Positions 30,569-40,658 of a stretch of 64,000 nucleotides of DNA are shown here, in pieces. Each line of letters opens with the position of its first letter. The stretch's first letter is position 1. The notes beneath the pieces were generated by a model that was not told where the DNA came from, did no database searches, and saw nothing but the letters and a program-made list of their open reading frames with translations. The stretch is from Nitrospirota bacterium (GTDB lineage: Bacteria; Nitrospirota; Thermodesulfovibrionia; Thermodesulfovibrionales; UBA9159): contig CAVOUE010000009.1 of the NCBI GenBank assembly GCA_963699545.1, forward strand, positions 96,001 through 160,000, in the 5' to 3' direction. The translations under genes were made by a program, and so were the position numbers.

Positions 30569-30753
30569 GGTCTCTTGTCCTCCGGGGTCATACGAACGAC
30601 TACGGCAGTTTTTTCGTGTTTTGTGAGGAAATAGTATACGACTTTACGCTCGCTGAAGTAAAGACGGTGCGCACGTGATAAAGGGCCAGACGTGGCGGTA
30701 AGAAAGGTTTTGTGATATTTTATGTATGATCATCACATCTCAGGGAGGTGAAC

Positions 30754-31608
30754 ATGAAGGCAGGATTCATCGGTCTCGGGCATCTGGGCAAGGCCATGGC
30801 AAAGAGATTGCTTGCGGAAGGCGTCGAACTAGTCGTCTGGAACAGAACAAGGGAGAAGGCCTTGGACCTCGGCGTCCAAATAGCGGATACCCCTGCTTCC
30901 CTCGTATCGGAGGTCGAGATTCTGTTCCTGAATCTTTTCGACAGTGCCGCGGTGGAGGCGGTGATAGCAGGGAAAGAGGGGATCATCAAAGGGCAATGCA
31001 AGGGAAAGATCATCGTCGACACCACCACCAACCATTTTGAACTGGTAATGCTCTTTCATGAAATCCTGAAGAAACACGAGGCCTCTTATCTTGAAGCCCC
31101 TGTCCTCGGCAGCGTCGTGCCCGCTTCTCAGGGTGCGCTCACGGTCCTGGTAAGCGGAGAAAAGGCCGCCTTTGACAAAGCCCTGCCCCACATCGAAAAG
31201 ATCGGGAAATCCATCTTTTACCTTGGAGCACCAACCCTCGCAGCAAAGATGAAGCTCATCAACAATCTCGCGCTTGGCTCCTTCATGGCGACCCTGGCAG
31301 AGGCCCTTGTCTTCGGCGAGAAGGCAGGAATAGATAGAACAAAGGTCATGGACATTCTCTCCGCGGGTGCGGGAAACTCCATGGTCCTCAATGCAAAGAG
31401 GGAAAAACTCCTGAAAGAAGATTTCTCGACCCATTTCTCATCCGCGCTGATTTACAAGGACCTCCACTACCTTCAGGATCTTGCCAGGTCCCTCAGGAGA
31501 CCCCTTTTCACCGGGAGCACCGCAAAAGAACTCTTCGGGATGACGTTCAGCAAAAATCTGGATTCCCAGGATTTTTCCGGGATATACAGGATTTTGAAGG
31601 AGATGTAA
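30754..31608 (+). CDS. NAD(P)-dependent oxidoreductase, 3-hydroxyisobutyrate dehydrogenase family
   Basis: GFIGLGHLG, VWNRT, EAPVLGS, MKLINN, KDL. Confidence 0.88.
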   Translation: MKAGFIGLGHLGKAMAKRLLAEGVELVVWNRTREKALDLGVQIADTPASLVSEVEILFLNLFDSAAVEAVIAGKEGIIKGQCKGKIIVDTTTNHFELVMLFHEILKKHEASYLEAPVLGSVVPASQGALTVLVSGEKAAFDKALPHIEKIGKSIFYLGAPTLAAKMKLINNLALGSFMATLAEALVFGEKAGIDRTKVMDILSAGAGNSMVLNAKREKLLKEDFSTHFSSALIYKDLHYLQDLARSLRRPLFTGSTAKELFGMTFSKNLDSQDFSGIYRILKEM

Positions 31609-31615
31609 AAAATCA

Positions 31616-32305
31616 ATGCCCGCCCTTGAACAGTTATCCCTGCCTTTGACGCGGGATACCGCCCACCTCAGTGACTATTTCCGGGGAGTGGCAGGCAGGC
31701 CTCTTTCCCTCTTCATTACCGACAATGCCACGAGCATGGTATCCATACGGGACAAGGGAAAGACCGTGATCATGAGGCTCCACAGGATGTTCCTTGATGC
31801 AGGAGACGATGTGATCACCGAGATCGCACAATTCCTTAAGCACAGGAAGGGGGCAACACCTCTCTTAAGGAAGTTCCTAAGGCAGAACCGCCACAGGATA
31901 AGGAGACCATCCCCAAGAAAGACGACTATGAGAACAGAGGGGAAATACCACAACCTTGACACGATCTTTCATTCTTTGAACAGCGAGTATTTTGACGGCA
32001 GGGTTTCCTCCTCAATCACCTGGGGCGCAGGGAACACGAGGTATGTTGCGAGAAAAAGGACCCTCGGCAGCTACAGCAGACATGTCAACACTATCAGGAT
32101 ACATCCGGTCCTAGACCGGAAGGGCGTACCCCGGTATTTTATGGAATTCGTCGTTTACCATGAGATGCTCCATGCCGACATGGATGCGAATGAGAAGGAC
32201 GGAAAGAGATCCGTTCATCCCAGGGAATTCAGGGAACGAGAAAAACTGTTCCGGCAATTCACGAAGGCAATGGCCTGGGAAAGGGGAAAAGGCTTTCGAT
32301 GCTGA
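31616..32305 (+). CDS. SprT-like zinc metallopeptidase domain protein
   Basis: LNSEYF, TLGSY, IRIHPVLD, VVYHEMLH (HExxH), H...F. Confidence 0.8.
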   Translation: MPALEQLSLPLTRDTAHLSDYFRGVAGRPLSLFITDNATSMVSIRDKGKTVIMRLHRMFLDAGDDVITEIAQFLKHRKGATPLLRKFLRQNRHRIRRPSPRKTTMRTEGKYHNLDTIFHSLNSEYFDGRVSSSITWGAGNTRYVARKRTLGSYSRHVNTIRIHPVLDRKGVPRYFMEFVVYHEMLHADMDANEKDGKRSVHPREFREREKLFRQFTKAMAWERGKGFRC

Positions 32306-32371
32306 TTTTCCATGGTGACTTTCAGGTTGTCTTTCCGGGGGAAATGGTATACCATTTCAGGAGGAAAAATT

Positions 32372-33064
32372 ATGTCCAGAGAACGAAGACATCCGCGGCA
32401 TATCGTTGCAGGCATGGATATTTATGCAAAGACGCTCTTTAATACGGAAGTGGAGATCCTTGATATAAGCACGAGTGGCGCTTCAATCAGAGGACCGAGG
32501 AGATTTCATATGGGCTCCGAGTACACGTTCAAGGTGCGACATGAAGGCAAGTTTATCTCCGTAAAGGGCGTTATAGTATGGACAACGTTGACCGGCAGTA
32601 AAAGGACTTCTGAAGGGGAAACAATGCCGATTTACACCGCGGGCGTTGCTTTTAGTGAAGGGTTGACGGACAAGGCGGAACAGATCAAGGAGTTCATAAC
32701 GTGCACGATCAGGGAACTCAGAGAGCGCAGGCTCTGCGGTGTGAGGATCAGGGTCCATGCGCCTGATACGGCGGTTCTCAGCCATCTGGAAACGTGCGTG
32801 GTCAAGGACATAAGCCTTGGGGGCATACGCATAGAGACGAGCGAGGGACCCTCTCCGAAGAGCATATTTCCGCTGGAACTCATACTTTCGGAAGATGAGG
32901 TCTCTCTGCATTCCACCGGCAGGGTCGCCTTCTGCACCGAGATGCCGGAGAAGACACGCAACCGGTTTACTGTGGGGGTGGAGTTCACCGACATGTCCGA
33001 TGAGGATGTCTTAAGACTTGAGCAGTTCATAAGAACCCTGCCGGGAAATATTCCGGAAGCATAA
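32372..33064 (+). CDS. Tandem PilZ-domain protein
   Basis: ERRHPR...DISTSG and ERRLCGVR...DISLGG, GVEF. Confidence 0.8.
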   Translation: MSRERRHPRHIVAGMDIYAKTLFNTEVEILDISTSGASIRGPRRFHMGSEYTFKVRHEGKFISVKGVIVWTTLTGSKRTSEGETMPIYTAGVAFSEGLTDKAEQIKEFITCTIRELRERRLCGVRIRVHAPDTAVLSHLETCVVKDISLGGIRIETSEGPSPKSIFPLELILSEDEVSLHSTGRVAFCTEMPEKTRNRFTVGVEFTDMSDEDVLRLEQFIRTLPGNIPEA

Positions 33065-33250
33065 GACCGCCTTCCAGACCCTTCTCGTTCCCAAAATATG
33101 ATTGACAGATTTCTATGGAAAGGGATACATTAAGATTGAGTGTTTCTCGTTACCGATAAAAGGGGAACGGGCGCGTTTCTTCTCCGGTAGTCGGAAGCGC
33201 CCGAACATCGCTTGGCGCAGCCTTCCGGGGAAACGAAAGGAGGGTCTCAA

Positions 33251-34009
33251 ATGAAGAAATTAATTCCCTTGCCTCTGCTTCTTATCTTGACGGTTTCCCT
33301 GCTTGTCCTTCAGGGATGCGCAGGGAACACACGGCTTACGAAGAAAGATATGCAATCATCCGAACCCGTGAAAGTGGTCCGGTATGAAACTCCCGGGATC
33401 ATGAAAAGCACCGGGACGGAGACCGCACTTCTTGCACTTGTTACGCTGGCTGCCCCAGGTGGAACTGCCCTTATGGTGGTGGGCGATGAATACGCCAGGG
33501 CAAGGGGTTCGGACACCCAGACCAGGATCCCTGATTTCGGCTCTCTCGTCATGAATAAGTTCGTGGAGCGCATGCCGATCGAACGGCCTGATTGGCCTGG
33601 GCTTGCTCCTCTTCCGGACCCCCTCAAGGAGGAATTTTCCGAAAAAACCACGGTCATAGAGTTCAGGGTCAACAGAGTTGCCTATGGTTCCCTTGATCTT
33701 ACGAGGGGCGGTATCGTTCTTGAAAGAGGCGTTGATAAAGGACTGGTGAGTGACGGCTTTCTGAGCAAGACCGTGGTGACGATGAAAGACCCCCAGGGCG
33801 ATGTCCTCTGGCAAAAGAGCTTCCTCTATCTTTCGGACAACTTTGAGAGGGCAAAAAACGTGGACGAACTGGAAGCAGATGGCTTCAAGCTCCTGAAGGA
33901 GGAGATGGAGTTCGCCGCGAATAAGACCGTGGAAGACTTCATCGAACACCTCAACGGCGAAAAAACCGGAGAGAACGACAAGCAGAACTTCGGGAAAAAG
34001 GCGGACTGA
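33251..34009 (+). CDS. Hypothetical lipoprotein
   Basis: AGGAGG RBS, lipobox LQGC. Confidence 0.75.
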   Translation: MKKLIPLPLLLILTVSLLVLQGCAGNTRLTKKDMQSSEPVKVVRYETPGIMKSTGTETALLALVTLAAPGGTALMVVGDEYARARGSDTQTRIPDFGSLVMNKFVERMPIERPDWPGLAPLPDPLKEEFSEKTTVIEFRVNRVAYGSLDLTRGGIVLERGVDKGLVSDGFLSKTVVTMKDPQGDVLWQKSFLYLSDNFERAKNVDELEADGFKLLKEEMEFAANKTVEDFIEHLNGEKTGENDKQNFGKKAD

Positions 34010-34015
34010 AGGCGG

Positions 34016-35173
34016 CTATTTCTTTTTTGCCGCCTCCTTTATCAATGCCTGGCCTATGACATTCCTCTGTATCTGATTCGTTCCTTCATAGATCTGAAGG
34101 ATCTTGGCATCCCGCATCATTTTTTCCACAGGGTATTCCCTCATGTATCCGGAACCGCCCATCACCTGCACCGCGTTCATGGTCACACGCATCCCCACAT
34201 CAGTGGCAAACACCTTTGCCATGGCTGATTCCTTCGATACTTCCTTTGCGCCGCTGTCGGCATACCGCGCAACGGAATAGACAAGGGACCTTGCGGCCTC
34301 TATGTCTGTCGCCATATCCGCAAGCATGTGCTGGACCGCCTGAAAGCTGATGATGGGGTGACCGAACTGTACCCGCTGGCGCGCGAAATTCACCGCTTCG
34401 TCAAAGGCCCCCTGAGCGACACCTACTCCCTGCGATCCTACCCCTGTTCGAGAACTGTCCAGGGTCTTCATGGCTATAACGAACCCGATCCCTTCTTTCC
34501 CTATGATATTCTCCTTCGGGATCCTGCAGTTGTCGAAAATGAGCTCCCGGGTCACCGATGCCCTTATGCCCATCTTCTTCTCTTTCTTGCCAAAGGTGAA
34601 ACCCGGTGTTCCTTTTTCGACTACAAAGGCAGACGCCCCGCGAGGTCCCTTTGCCCTGTCGGTAATGGCAATGATGGTATTGATCTCGGCCTCGCCGCCG
34701 TTGGTTATCCACTGTTTCGTGCCATTCAGCACGTATGCGTTCCCTTCCAGCCTAGCCGTCGTCTGTATCCCAGCAGCATCACTCCCTGCATTCGCCTCAG
34801 TCAGGCCGAAGGCCACGAGTCTCTTTCCCGCGGCGATATCCGGAAGATACTTCTTTTTTTGCTCCTCTGTCCCGAAGAGAAGGAGGGGAAAGCTCCCCAG
34901 GGCATTTGCCGCATAGGTCGTTGACACGCCGAGGCATGCCCGCGAGAGTTCCTCCACCGCAATGCAGAGTTCAAGGCTTCCCTTTCCGAGCCCCCCGTAT
35001 TCCTCGGGGATGAAGAGCCCGAACAGGTCCGACTGCGCAATGACCTTCAGGATATCCCGGGGGAATTCTTCCTTCTCGTCCAGTTCCTCCCTCACCGGCA
35101 CAATCTTCTCTTCCGCGATCTGCCGTGCAAGGTCCCGTATCATCATCTGCTCTTCAGTCAAGAAATAATCCAT
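34016..35173 (-). CDS. Acyl-CoA dehydrogenase (butyryl-CoA dehydrogenase-like)
   Basis: FGLTEANAGSD, LNGTKQWITNG, KMGIRAS, RVQFG, GGSGYM, IYEGTNQIQR. Confidence 0.92.
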   Translation of the reverse strand: MDYFLTEEQMMIRDLARQIAEEKIVPVREELDEKEEFPRDILKVIAQSDLFGLFIPEEYGGLGKGSLELCIAVEELSRACLGVSTTYAANALGSFPLLLFGTEEQKKKYLPDIAAGKRLVAFGLTEANAGSDAAGIQTTARLEGNAYVLNGTKQWITNGGEAEINTIIAITDRAKGPRGASAFVVEKGTPGFTFGKKEKKMGIRASVTRELIFDNCRIPKENIIGKEGIGFVIAMKTLDSSRTGVGSQGVGVAQGAFDEAVNFARQRVQFGHPIISFQAVQHMLADMATDIEAARSLVYSVARYADSGAKEVSKESAMAKVFATDVGMRVTMNAVQVMGGSGYMREYPVEKMMRDAKILQIYEGTNQIQRNVIGQALIKEAAKKK

Positions 35174-35278
35174 TATCAGACCCCCAATCTCGTAATCACA
35201 AGTTGTTCATTCTTTTTTGCGATGCAGTTCGTTTTGAGTGTTCATTCTAACAGAAAAGAGACGGGTTTTGAAAGACGC

Positions 35279-36613
35279 TTATGCGCTGATGTCCGTAGGC
35301 CCGATGAGGAGGCTCGGCGCGCCCACATTCCCGTAAAACCTGAAATCATCCCCTGCGGCTTCAACCCTCCTGAAAAAATCCAGGATATTCCCCGATATGA
35401 CGGCCTCCTTCACCGGCTGTTTCACCCGGCCGCCCTCTATCCACAATCCGGAGACCCCGATCGAAAACTCCCCGGAAACGGGATTTGCAGTATGTATCCC
35501 CATGGCATCCGTCACGTAAAGACCCCTGTCCACTGCTGCACACAGGTCACCTGAGCAGACACACGCCGGAGAAACGGTCATAAAGAGGTTGAGAGGACCA
35601 ACCGTGGGCACTGCCGAAATCCCCCCCTTCACCGCATTCCCCGTGGATGCCACCCCGTCCTTCTTCGCGGTGTATGCGTTGTGCAGGTAGCCCAGAAGTA
35701 CGCCATCCTTTATCAGGTATTTCCTTGACGCGGGAAATCCCTCGTCGTCAAAGGGTCTGCTGCCGAGTTCACCCTCGATGCAACCGTCATCCACAACGCT
35801 CACCAAGTGACTTACCACCTCCTGGTTCACTTTTCCTCCCAGAAGAGATCTCCCCTTCTGGACAGCCTCTGAAGAGAGGAGGGAACCAAAGATGCCGAGA
35901 AATTCCGTGGCGATAGAATTCTCCAGTATGACCCGGGCCCGCGTCCTCTCCATCTTTCTTGCCCCGAGAAGCTGCAATGCCCGTCGGGCCGCGTTCCTGC
36001 CGACATCGGCAAATGAGACCCCCGCCAGAAAGCTGCTCCCCTCAAAATCCCATCCCATCTGGCTGTCACCGTGCTCTTCAGCCACTAAAGTAATCTGCCC
36101 CGCGCAGGAGGTCGAGGAGTAGGTTTTTTCCATACCTTTGGAACTCATGACCAGGACTTCCCTGCTGGAAAAAGAAGCGGAGGCCTTTCTCACTTTCCGG
36201 ATGCGTCTGTCCGCATCCAGCGCCGTCCTTTCTACGGCAAGGGCGCTGGAGAGAGCATCGTCCCGGCTCATGGTCGCAACGGAGCCATCAAAGATACGAA
36301 CGGCGGGATGGTCATGGGGCGACGGCAGGTCGAGGTATTCATCCTGCTCCACCCACCGCGATGCCTCTATGGCGTTCTCTATCACCGCATCCGCGTCTCC
36401 CTTCTCACGGGAGTAAGAAAATCCCAGTCTCCTGTCCTTTATGATGCGGAGGGCGTACCCGAAATCCACGGAAGATTCCAGAGCCTCGAGCGCCTGCTCC
36501 CTGACATCCACGGACAGCTTCTTCGAGGACTTCAGGTAGACCTCTGCAAGGTCTGCCCCTCTCTTCTGCGCGCCCTCCAGGAGTCTGGCGGCGAACCCTG
36601 CGTCAATCCTCAT
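35279..36613 (-). CDS. pmbA: TldD/PmbA family protein (PmbA/TldE-like)
   Basis: RPFDDEG, STGNA, HTANPVSGEFS, AVISGN; no HExxxH. Confidence 0.8.
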   Translation of the reverse strand: MRIDAGFAARLLEGAQKRGADLAEVYLKSSKKLSVDVREQALEALESSVDFGYALRIIKDRRLGFSYSREKGDADAVIENAIEASRWVEQDEYLDLPSPHDHPAVRIFDGSVATMSRDDALSSALAVERTALDADRRIRKVRKASASFSSREVLVMSSKGMEKTYSSTSCAGQITLVAEEHGDSQMGWDFEGSSFLAGVSFADVGRNAARRALQLLGARKMERTRARVILENSIATEFLGIFGSLLSSEAVQKGRSLLGGKVNQEVVSHLVSVVDDGCIEGELGSRPFDDEGFPASRKYLIKDGVLLGYLHNAYTAKKDGVASTGNAVKGGISAVPTVGPLNLFMTVSPACVCSGDLCAAVDRGLYVTDAMGIHTANPVSGEFSIGVSGLWIEGGRVKQPVKEAVISGNILDFFRRVEAAGDDFRFYGNVGAPSLLIGPTDISA

Positions 36614-36974
36614 AGTACGTTGCGGACGCGGTATCGGATTCCCAGACCGTAACCGCTGTTACCTGGATGTTGTCATTGTTGATCTTCTTCTTAAGAGAGT
36701 CGAAAATCCATTTCGCGATATTCTCCGACGAAGGGTTCTTCTCCGTAAACGGAAACACATCATTGAGAAAGGAATGGTCGAGGGGCGCTGTCACCTCGTT
36801 CGCCAAACGCTTCAGTTCATGGAAATCCAGGGCGATATCGATCTCATTCAGTCTTTCCGCCGAGACATGTACGTGGACCTTCCAGTTGTGTCCGTGGAGG
36901 TGCTCACATTTTCCCTTATAGCCTCTCAGCTGATGCGCGGCCGAGAATGTGGTTTCGATCATCAGTTCGAACAT
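36603..36974 (-). CDS. queD: 6-carboxy-5,6,7,8-tetrahydropterin synthase
   Basis: FSAAH, CEHLHGHNW, LDHSFLN, NPSSENIA, VWES. Confidence 0.93.
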   Translation of the reverse strand: MFELMIETTFSAAHQLRGYKGKCEHLHGHNWKVHVHVSAERLNEIDIALDFHELKRLANEVTAPLDHSFLNDVFPFTEKNPSSENIAKWIFDSLKKKINNDNIQVTAVTVWESDTASATYYED

Positions 36975-37083
36975 AATTCTCCTTCTTGCTTCCTGAAAAC
37001 TCTTTTTCCTGCAGCCGCAGGCTTTGCGAAGGACACAGCAGATATCCTGTCAGCATGCTGAGCAGGATCTCGGTCTCTTTTCC

Positions 37084-37605
37084 CTAAACGGACTTCCTGA
37101 ACACAGCGATATACGGGAGGTTCCTGAACCGGTTTTCGTAATCAAGACCGTAGCCCACCACAAACTCGTTGGGGATCACGAAGCCCGTATAGTCAAGGGG
37201 AACATCGACCACCCTTCTCTCTTTTTTGTCCAGGAAGGCGCATATCCTGACGCTCCTTGGACGTTTCAGAAGCATGCGCTCCCTTATGTGGTTAAGGGTG
37301 ATTCCGGTGTCGACGATGTCCTCGATCAGCAGGACGTCCTTATCACTCACATCCTCCCGGATATCGTAGTGAACCTTCACTTCACCGGTGCTCGCCTCCT
37401 TCATATAACTCGAAGCGATCACAAAGTCCACGGTCATGGGGACCTTTATCGCCCTCACAAGGTCGGAGAAAAACATGAATGCTCCCCTGAGGAGGCCGAC
37501 AGCCAGGAGGTTCCTGCCCTCGTAATCCTTTGATACCATCTCGGCCAGTTCCCTTACCCTCTGCTGAATCTGTTCCACAGTGAAGATTGGTTTACCGACA
37601 ACCAT
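37084..37605 (-). CDS. hpt: Hypoxanthine phosphoribosyltransferase
   Basis: LRGAFMFFSDL, SSY, IEDIVDTG, FVVGYGLDY...RNLP. Confidence 0.93.
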   Translation of the reverse strand: MVVGKPIFTVEQIQQRVRELAEMVSKDYEGRNLLAVGLLRGAFMFFSDLVRAIKVPMTVDFVIASSYMKEASTGEVKVHYDIREDVSDKDVLLIEDIVDTGITLNHIRERMLLKRPRSVRICAFLDKKERRVVDVPLDYTGFVIPNEFVVGYGLDYENRFRNLPYIAVFRKSV

Positions 37606-37660
37606 GGATCCCTCCTTCCAAGTCTTGATGACTCAATTATAGCCTTAATGTGCCGTTAAC

Positions 37661-39145
37661 TCAACTTCCCAGGGCCTTCAGAAGGGCTTCCGCTTTCTTG
37701 AGGGTCTCATAGTACTCCCTCTCCGGGTCAGAATCAGCGACAATGCCTGCCCCTGCCTGGACATAGGCATATCCGTTCCTCACCACAAAGGTCCTGATGA
37801 TGATGTTCATATCCATGCTCCCTGAAAAACCGATATACCCCATGGAGCCGGTATACGGCCCACGCCTCACCGGTTCCAGCTCGTCGATTATTTCCATGCA
37901 TCTGACCTTCGGGACCCCGGTTATGGTGCCTCCGGGGAAAGTCGCCCTCAGCGCGTCCAGACAGGTCTTCTTCCCGGCAAGCACACCCCTCACATTCGAT
38001 ACGATGTGAATGACGTGGGAATAGTCCTCAGTGATCATGAGCTCATCTGCCTCCACACTCCCGTACTCCGAGACCTTCCCAAGGTCATTCCGTTCAAGGT
38101 CGATGAGCATGATATGTTCAGCTCTCTCCTTCTCGTTCAAAAGCAGCTCGTTCCTCATTTTTTCATCTTCCCTCACATCTCTCCCTCTCGGTCTGGTACC
38201 GGCAATGGGCCGTGTCTCTATTACCCGCCCCCCCACCTTTACGAGCCTCTCCGGAGATGAGCTGGCTATGAAGTACTCACCAAAGTCCATAAACCCGCTG
38301 AAGGGGGAAGGATTGATGGACCTCAGAATCCTGTAAAGATGCCACGGACTCAATTCCCCGATATACGCGGAGATCCTCTGGGAGAGGTTGGCCTGAAATA
38401 TGTCCCCGGCAGCGATATACTCCTTTGCCCTCTTCACCATCTCTATGTAATCCTCTTTTCTCATGTCGTGTATGATCTCAATCCCTTTCCGGACAGGCAA
38501 AGCAGCCTGAAGGGACCCCGCCCCGTTCAGCGGGCCGATCCTCCGGCAGATCTCTGCGAGGTGATATTCCGCCTCTTCATACCATGATTCGGGATCATAC
38601 CTCATCGTTCGCCTCAGTCCCGGACATATGACCGCCCACGCCCTCTTTTCCCTGTGATCAAAGGAGATCAGTCTGTCAACAATAGAGAAATGGGCATCCG
38701 GGATATGGAGATCATCACGAGTGGTCTTCGGAAGCTTTTCGAGATAATGCACGAAATCATAGCTCAGCAGACCTGCTGCGCCGCCCTGAAAGGGGGGCAG
38801 ATCAGGAAGAGGCGCCTGCTGATACCCCCGGAGTATCTCACCAAGGCCCTTCAGAGGTTTCTTATAGGAGAGCCTTCCCGCATCAGCCGTCCGTGTCTCG
38901 ACGACACCATCCTTTACCTGAAAAATCATGTATGGCTCGAACCCGATGAAAGAGTAACGCGCGATCTTTTCCGGCCCTTTGACGCTTTCGAAGAGAAAGG
39001 AGTGGCTTCCCGCAAAAAAAGGATATAACTCCTCGGGGGAAACGTAGGGTATTTCGGTGTAAAGAGGAGGGATGCCGGTTCCTGTCCTGCAGGATGCCGC
39101 AAACGCCTCTTTGGTCATGGATGTGGTCCATGTGCAGTGTATCAC
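37661..39145 (-). CDS. Anthranilate synthase component I / aminodeoxychorismate synthase component I family
   Basis: GDIFQANLS, SSPERL, RPIAGT, KERAEHIMLIDLERNDLG, FPGGTITGVPK; PabB vs TrpE not resolved. Confidence 0.88.
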   Translation of the reverse strand: MIHCTWTTSMTKEAFAASCRTGTGIPPLYTEIPYVSPEELYPFFAGSHSFLFESVKGPEKIARYSFIGFEPYMIFQVKDGVVETRTADAGRLSYKKPLKGLGEILRGYQQAPLPDLPPFQGGAAGLLSYDFVHYLEKLPKTTRDDLHIPDAHFSIVDRLISFDHREKRAWAVICPGLRRTMRYDPESWYEEAEYHLAEICRRIGPLNGAGSLQAALPVRKGIEIIHDMRKEDYIEMVKRAKEYIAAGDIFQANLSQRISAYIGELSPWHLYRILRSINPSPFSGFMDFGEYFIASSSPERLVKVGGRVIETRPIAGTRPRGRDVREDEKMRNELLLNEKERAEHIMLIDLERNDLGKVSEYGSVEADELMITEDYSHVIHIVSNVRGVLAGKKTCLDALRATFPGGTITGVPKVRCMEIIDELEPVRRGPYTGSMGYIGFSGSMDMNIIIRTFVVRNGYAYVQAGAGIVADSDPEREYYETLKKAEALLKALGS

Positions 39146-39155
39146 GCGAGCTCTC

Positions 39156-39875
39156 TTAGGAAGTGAGTATCTCGGCGGTGATCAGCTCAAGGGCCTTGAA
39201 GGGATCAGGCTGGTTCATGACAGCCCTGCCGAGGACGATATAATCCGCCCCTTCCCTGATGGCCTGGCGCGGTGTCATGGTCCTTTTCTGGTCATCAGGC
39301 GGGCTCCACGAGGTCCTTATGCCAGGGGTGACGATCAGGAAATTCTTACCGAAATGATTCCGGAGCATCGCCACCTCATGCCCTGACGCAACAACGCCGT
39401 CGAGGCCTGCATCCACGGAGAGTTTTGAAAGCTGCTTCACATGGGTTCTGAGGCTGTGCTGTATGCCAAGTTCATTTCTCAGGATCTCCTGTGAAAGACC
39501 TGTGAGAACTGTCACACCCAGCAGCTTCGGCCTCCGGAGATTTTCCTTAAGACACAGATCCACCACGGATTCCTTGCTCCTGCGCATCATATCGAGACCA
39601 CCTGAAGCGTGGAGATTGAACATATACGCCCCAAGTCTTGTGGCATTCAACGCCGCTTTGACGACCGTATTTGAGATATCATGGAACTTGAGATCCAGAA
39701 AGACCTTCTTATCCTTCCGAATAATCTCTTCCACCACTCGCGGTCCGGAGGCCGCAAAGAGCTCAAGTCCTACTTTAAATATACCAACGTAATCCTTGAA
39801 TTTATCGACTATTTCAAGCGCATAGTTTACATTGGAAACATCCAGGGCAAGGATGATCTTCTCTCTTGCCGGCAT
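39156..39875 (-). CDS. pyrF: Orotidine-5'-phosphate decarboxylase
   Basis: ILALD, FKVG, FLDLKFHDI, VTPGIR, DDQKR, VLGR; start at MPAREK immediately after the dcd stop. Confidence 0.95.
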   Translation of the reverse strand: MPAREKIILALDVSNVNYALEIVDKFKDYVGIFKVGLELFAASGPRVVEEIIRKDKKVFLDLKFHDISNTVVKAALNATRLGAYMFNLHASGGLDMMRRSKESVVDLCLKENLRRPKLLGVTVLTGLSQEILRNELGIQHSLRTHVKQLSKLSVDAGLDGVVASGHEVAMLRNHFGKNFLIVTPGIRTSWSPPDDQKRTMTPRQAIREGADYIVLGRAVMNQPDPFKALELITAEILTS

Positions 39876-39876
39876 G

Positions 39877-40425
39877 TTACATCCTCGGAAGGGTGATGCC
39901 CCGTTGCGCCTGATATTTACCGGATTTGTCCGCATAGGACACCTCGCAAAGCTCGGAACCACCAAGGAAGATGAGCTGTGCGATCCCCTCATTGGCATAG
40001 ATCTTTGCTGGCAGCGGCGTCGTGTTGGATATCTCGATGGTGACATGCCCTTCCCACTCCGGCTCGAGGGGCGTCACATTCACGACGATGCCGCAGCGGG
40101 CATAGGTGGATTTCCCGAGGCATATGACGAGCACGTCCCTGGGGATCCTGAAATATTCCACGGAGCGTCCCAGGGCGAAGGAATTGGGCGGCACGATGCA
40201 GACATCGCCACGAAAATCCACAAAGCTCCTGGGGTCAAAGCTCTTGGGATCGATCACTGTGCTGTTTATGTTTGTGAAGATCTTGAACTCGTCGAAAATC
40301 CTCATGTCATAGCCGTAAGAACTCACCCCGGAGGATATAACGCCTTCCCTCACCTGGCTTTGGCTGAAGGGTTCTATCATCCCCCTGGCGCCCATATCCT
40401 TTATCCAGCGGTCGCTCTTAACCAT
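39877..40425 (-). CDS. dcd: dCTP deaminase
   Basis: [38 protein letters not shown]. Confidence 0.95.
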   Translation of the reverse strand: MVKSDRWIKDMGARGMIEPFSQSQVREGVISSGVSSYGYDMRIFDEFKIFTNINSTVIDPKSFDPRSFVDFRGDVCIVPPNSFALGRSVEYFRIPRDVLVICLGKSTYARCGIVVNVTPLEPEWEGHVTIEISNTTPLPAKIYANEGIAQLIFLGGSELCEVSYADKSGKYQAQRGITLPRM

Positions 40426-40597
40426 ACAGTTCCTCCATTGTGAAAAAGATTACCATAAAAACTCCTCTTAAAACAAGGAAGTGAATCGTGGGACAAATCA
40501 GAGTTCAGCTGTCATGGTCCACATGGCGCGAACCGGATTACCCGCTCCCGGTTTCTTCCTGAACTTACCCCGGCGGTCACCTGGAATTGTTAATATG

Positions 40598-40626
40598 TTG
40601 CAAATGGCACCGGGATTTAATATAAT
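40598..40626 (+). promoter_or_regulatory. Putative sigma70 promoter of the metallothionein-YtkA / peroxidase pair
   Basis: TTGCAA-17 nt-TATAAT, then AGGAGG RBS before ATG 40659. Confidence 0.65.
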
Positions 40627-40658
40627 AACTTTTATATAAAGATCAGGAGGAGGTCAGC

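Noticed and set aside
33140-33250. Riboswitch in the lipoprotein leader (GGGCGC...GCGCCC hairpin)
   Set aside because: No match to any riboswitch consensus I can recognise; a single hairpin is insufficient.
36975-37083. preQ1 riboswitch upstream of queD
   Set aside because: Only a simple hairpin (ATCCTG-TCAGC-AT-GCTGA-GCAGGAT); no preQ1 consensus recognised.
39876-40046. N-terminal extension of pyrF in the ORF track
   Set aside because: Overlaps dcd; homology begins at MPAREK (39875).
40605-40620. sigma54 promoter at TGGCAC upstream of the metallothionein gene (also TGGCAC near 47078)
   Set aside because: No GC at the -12 position.
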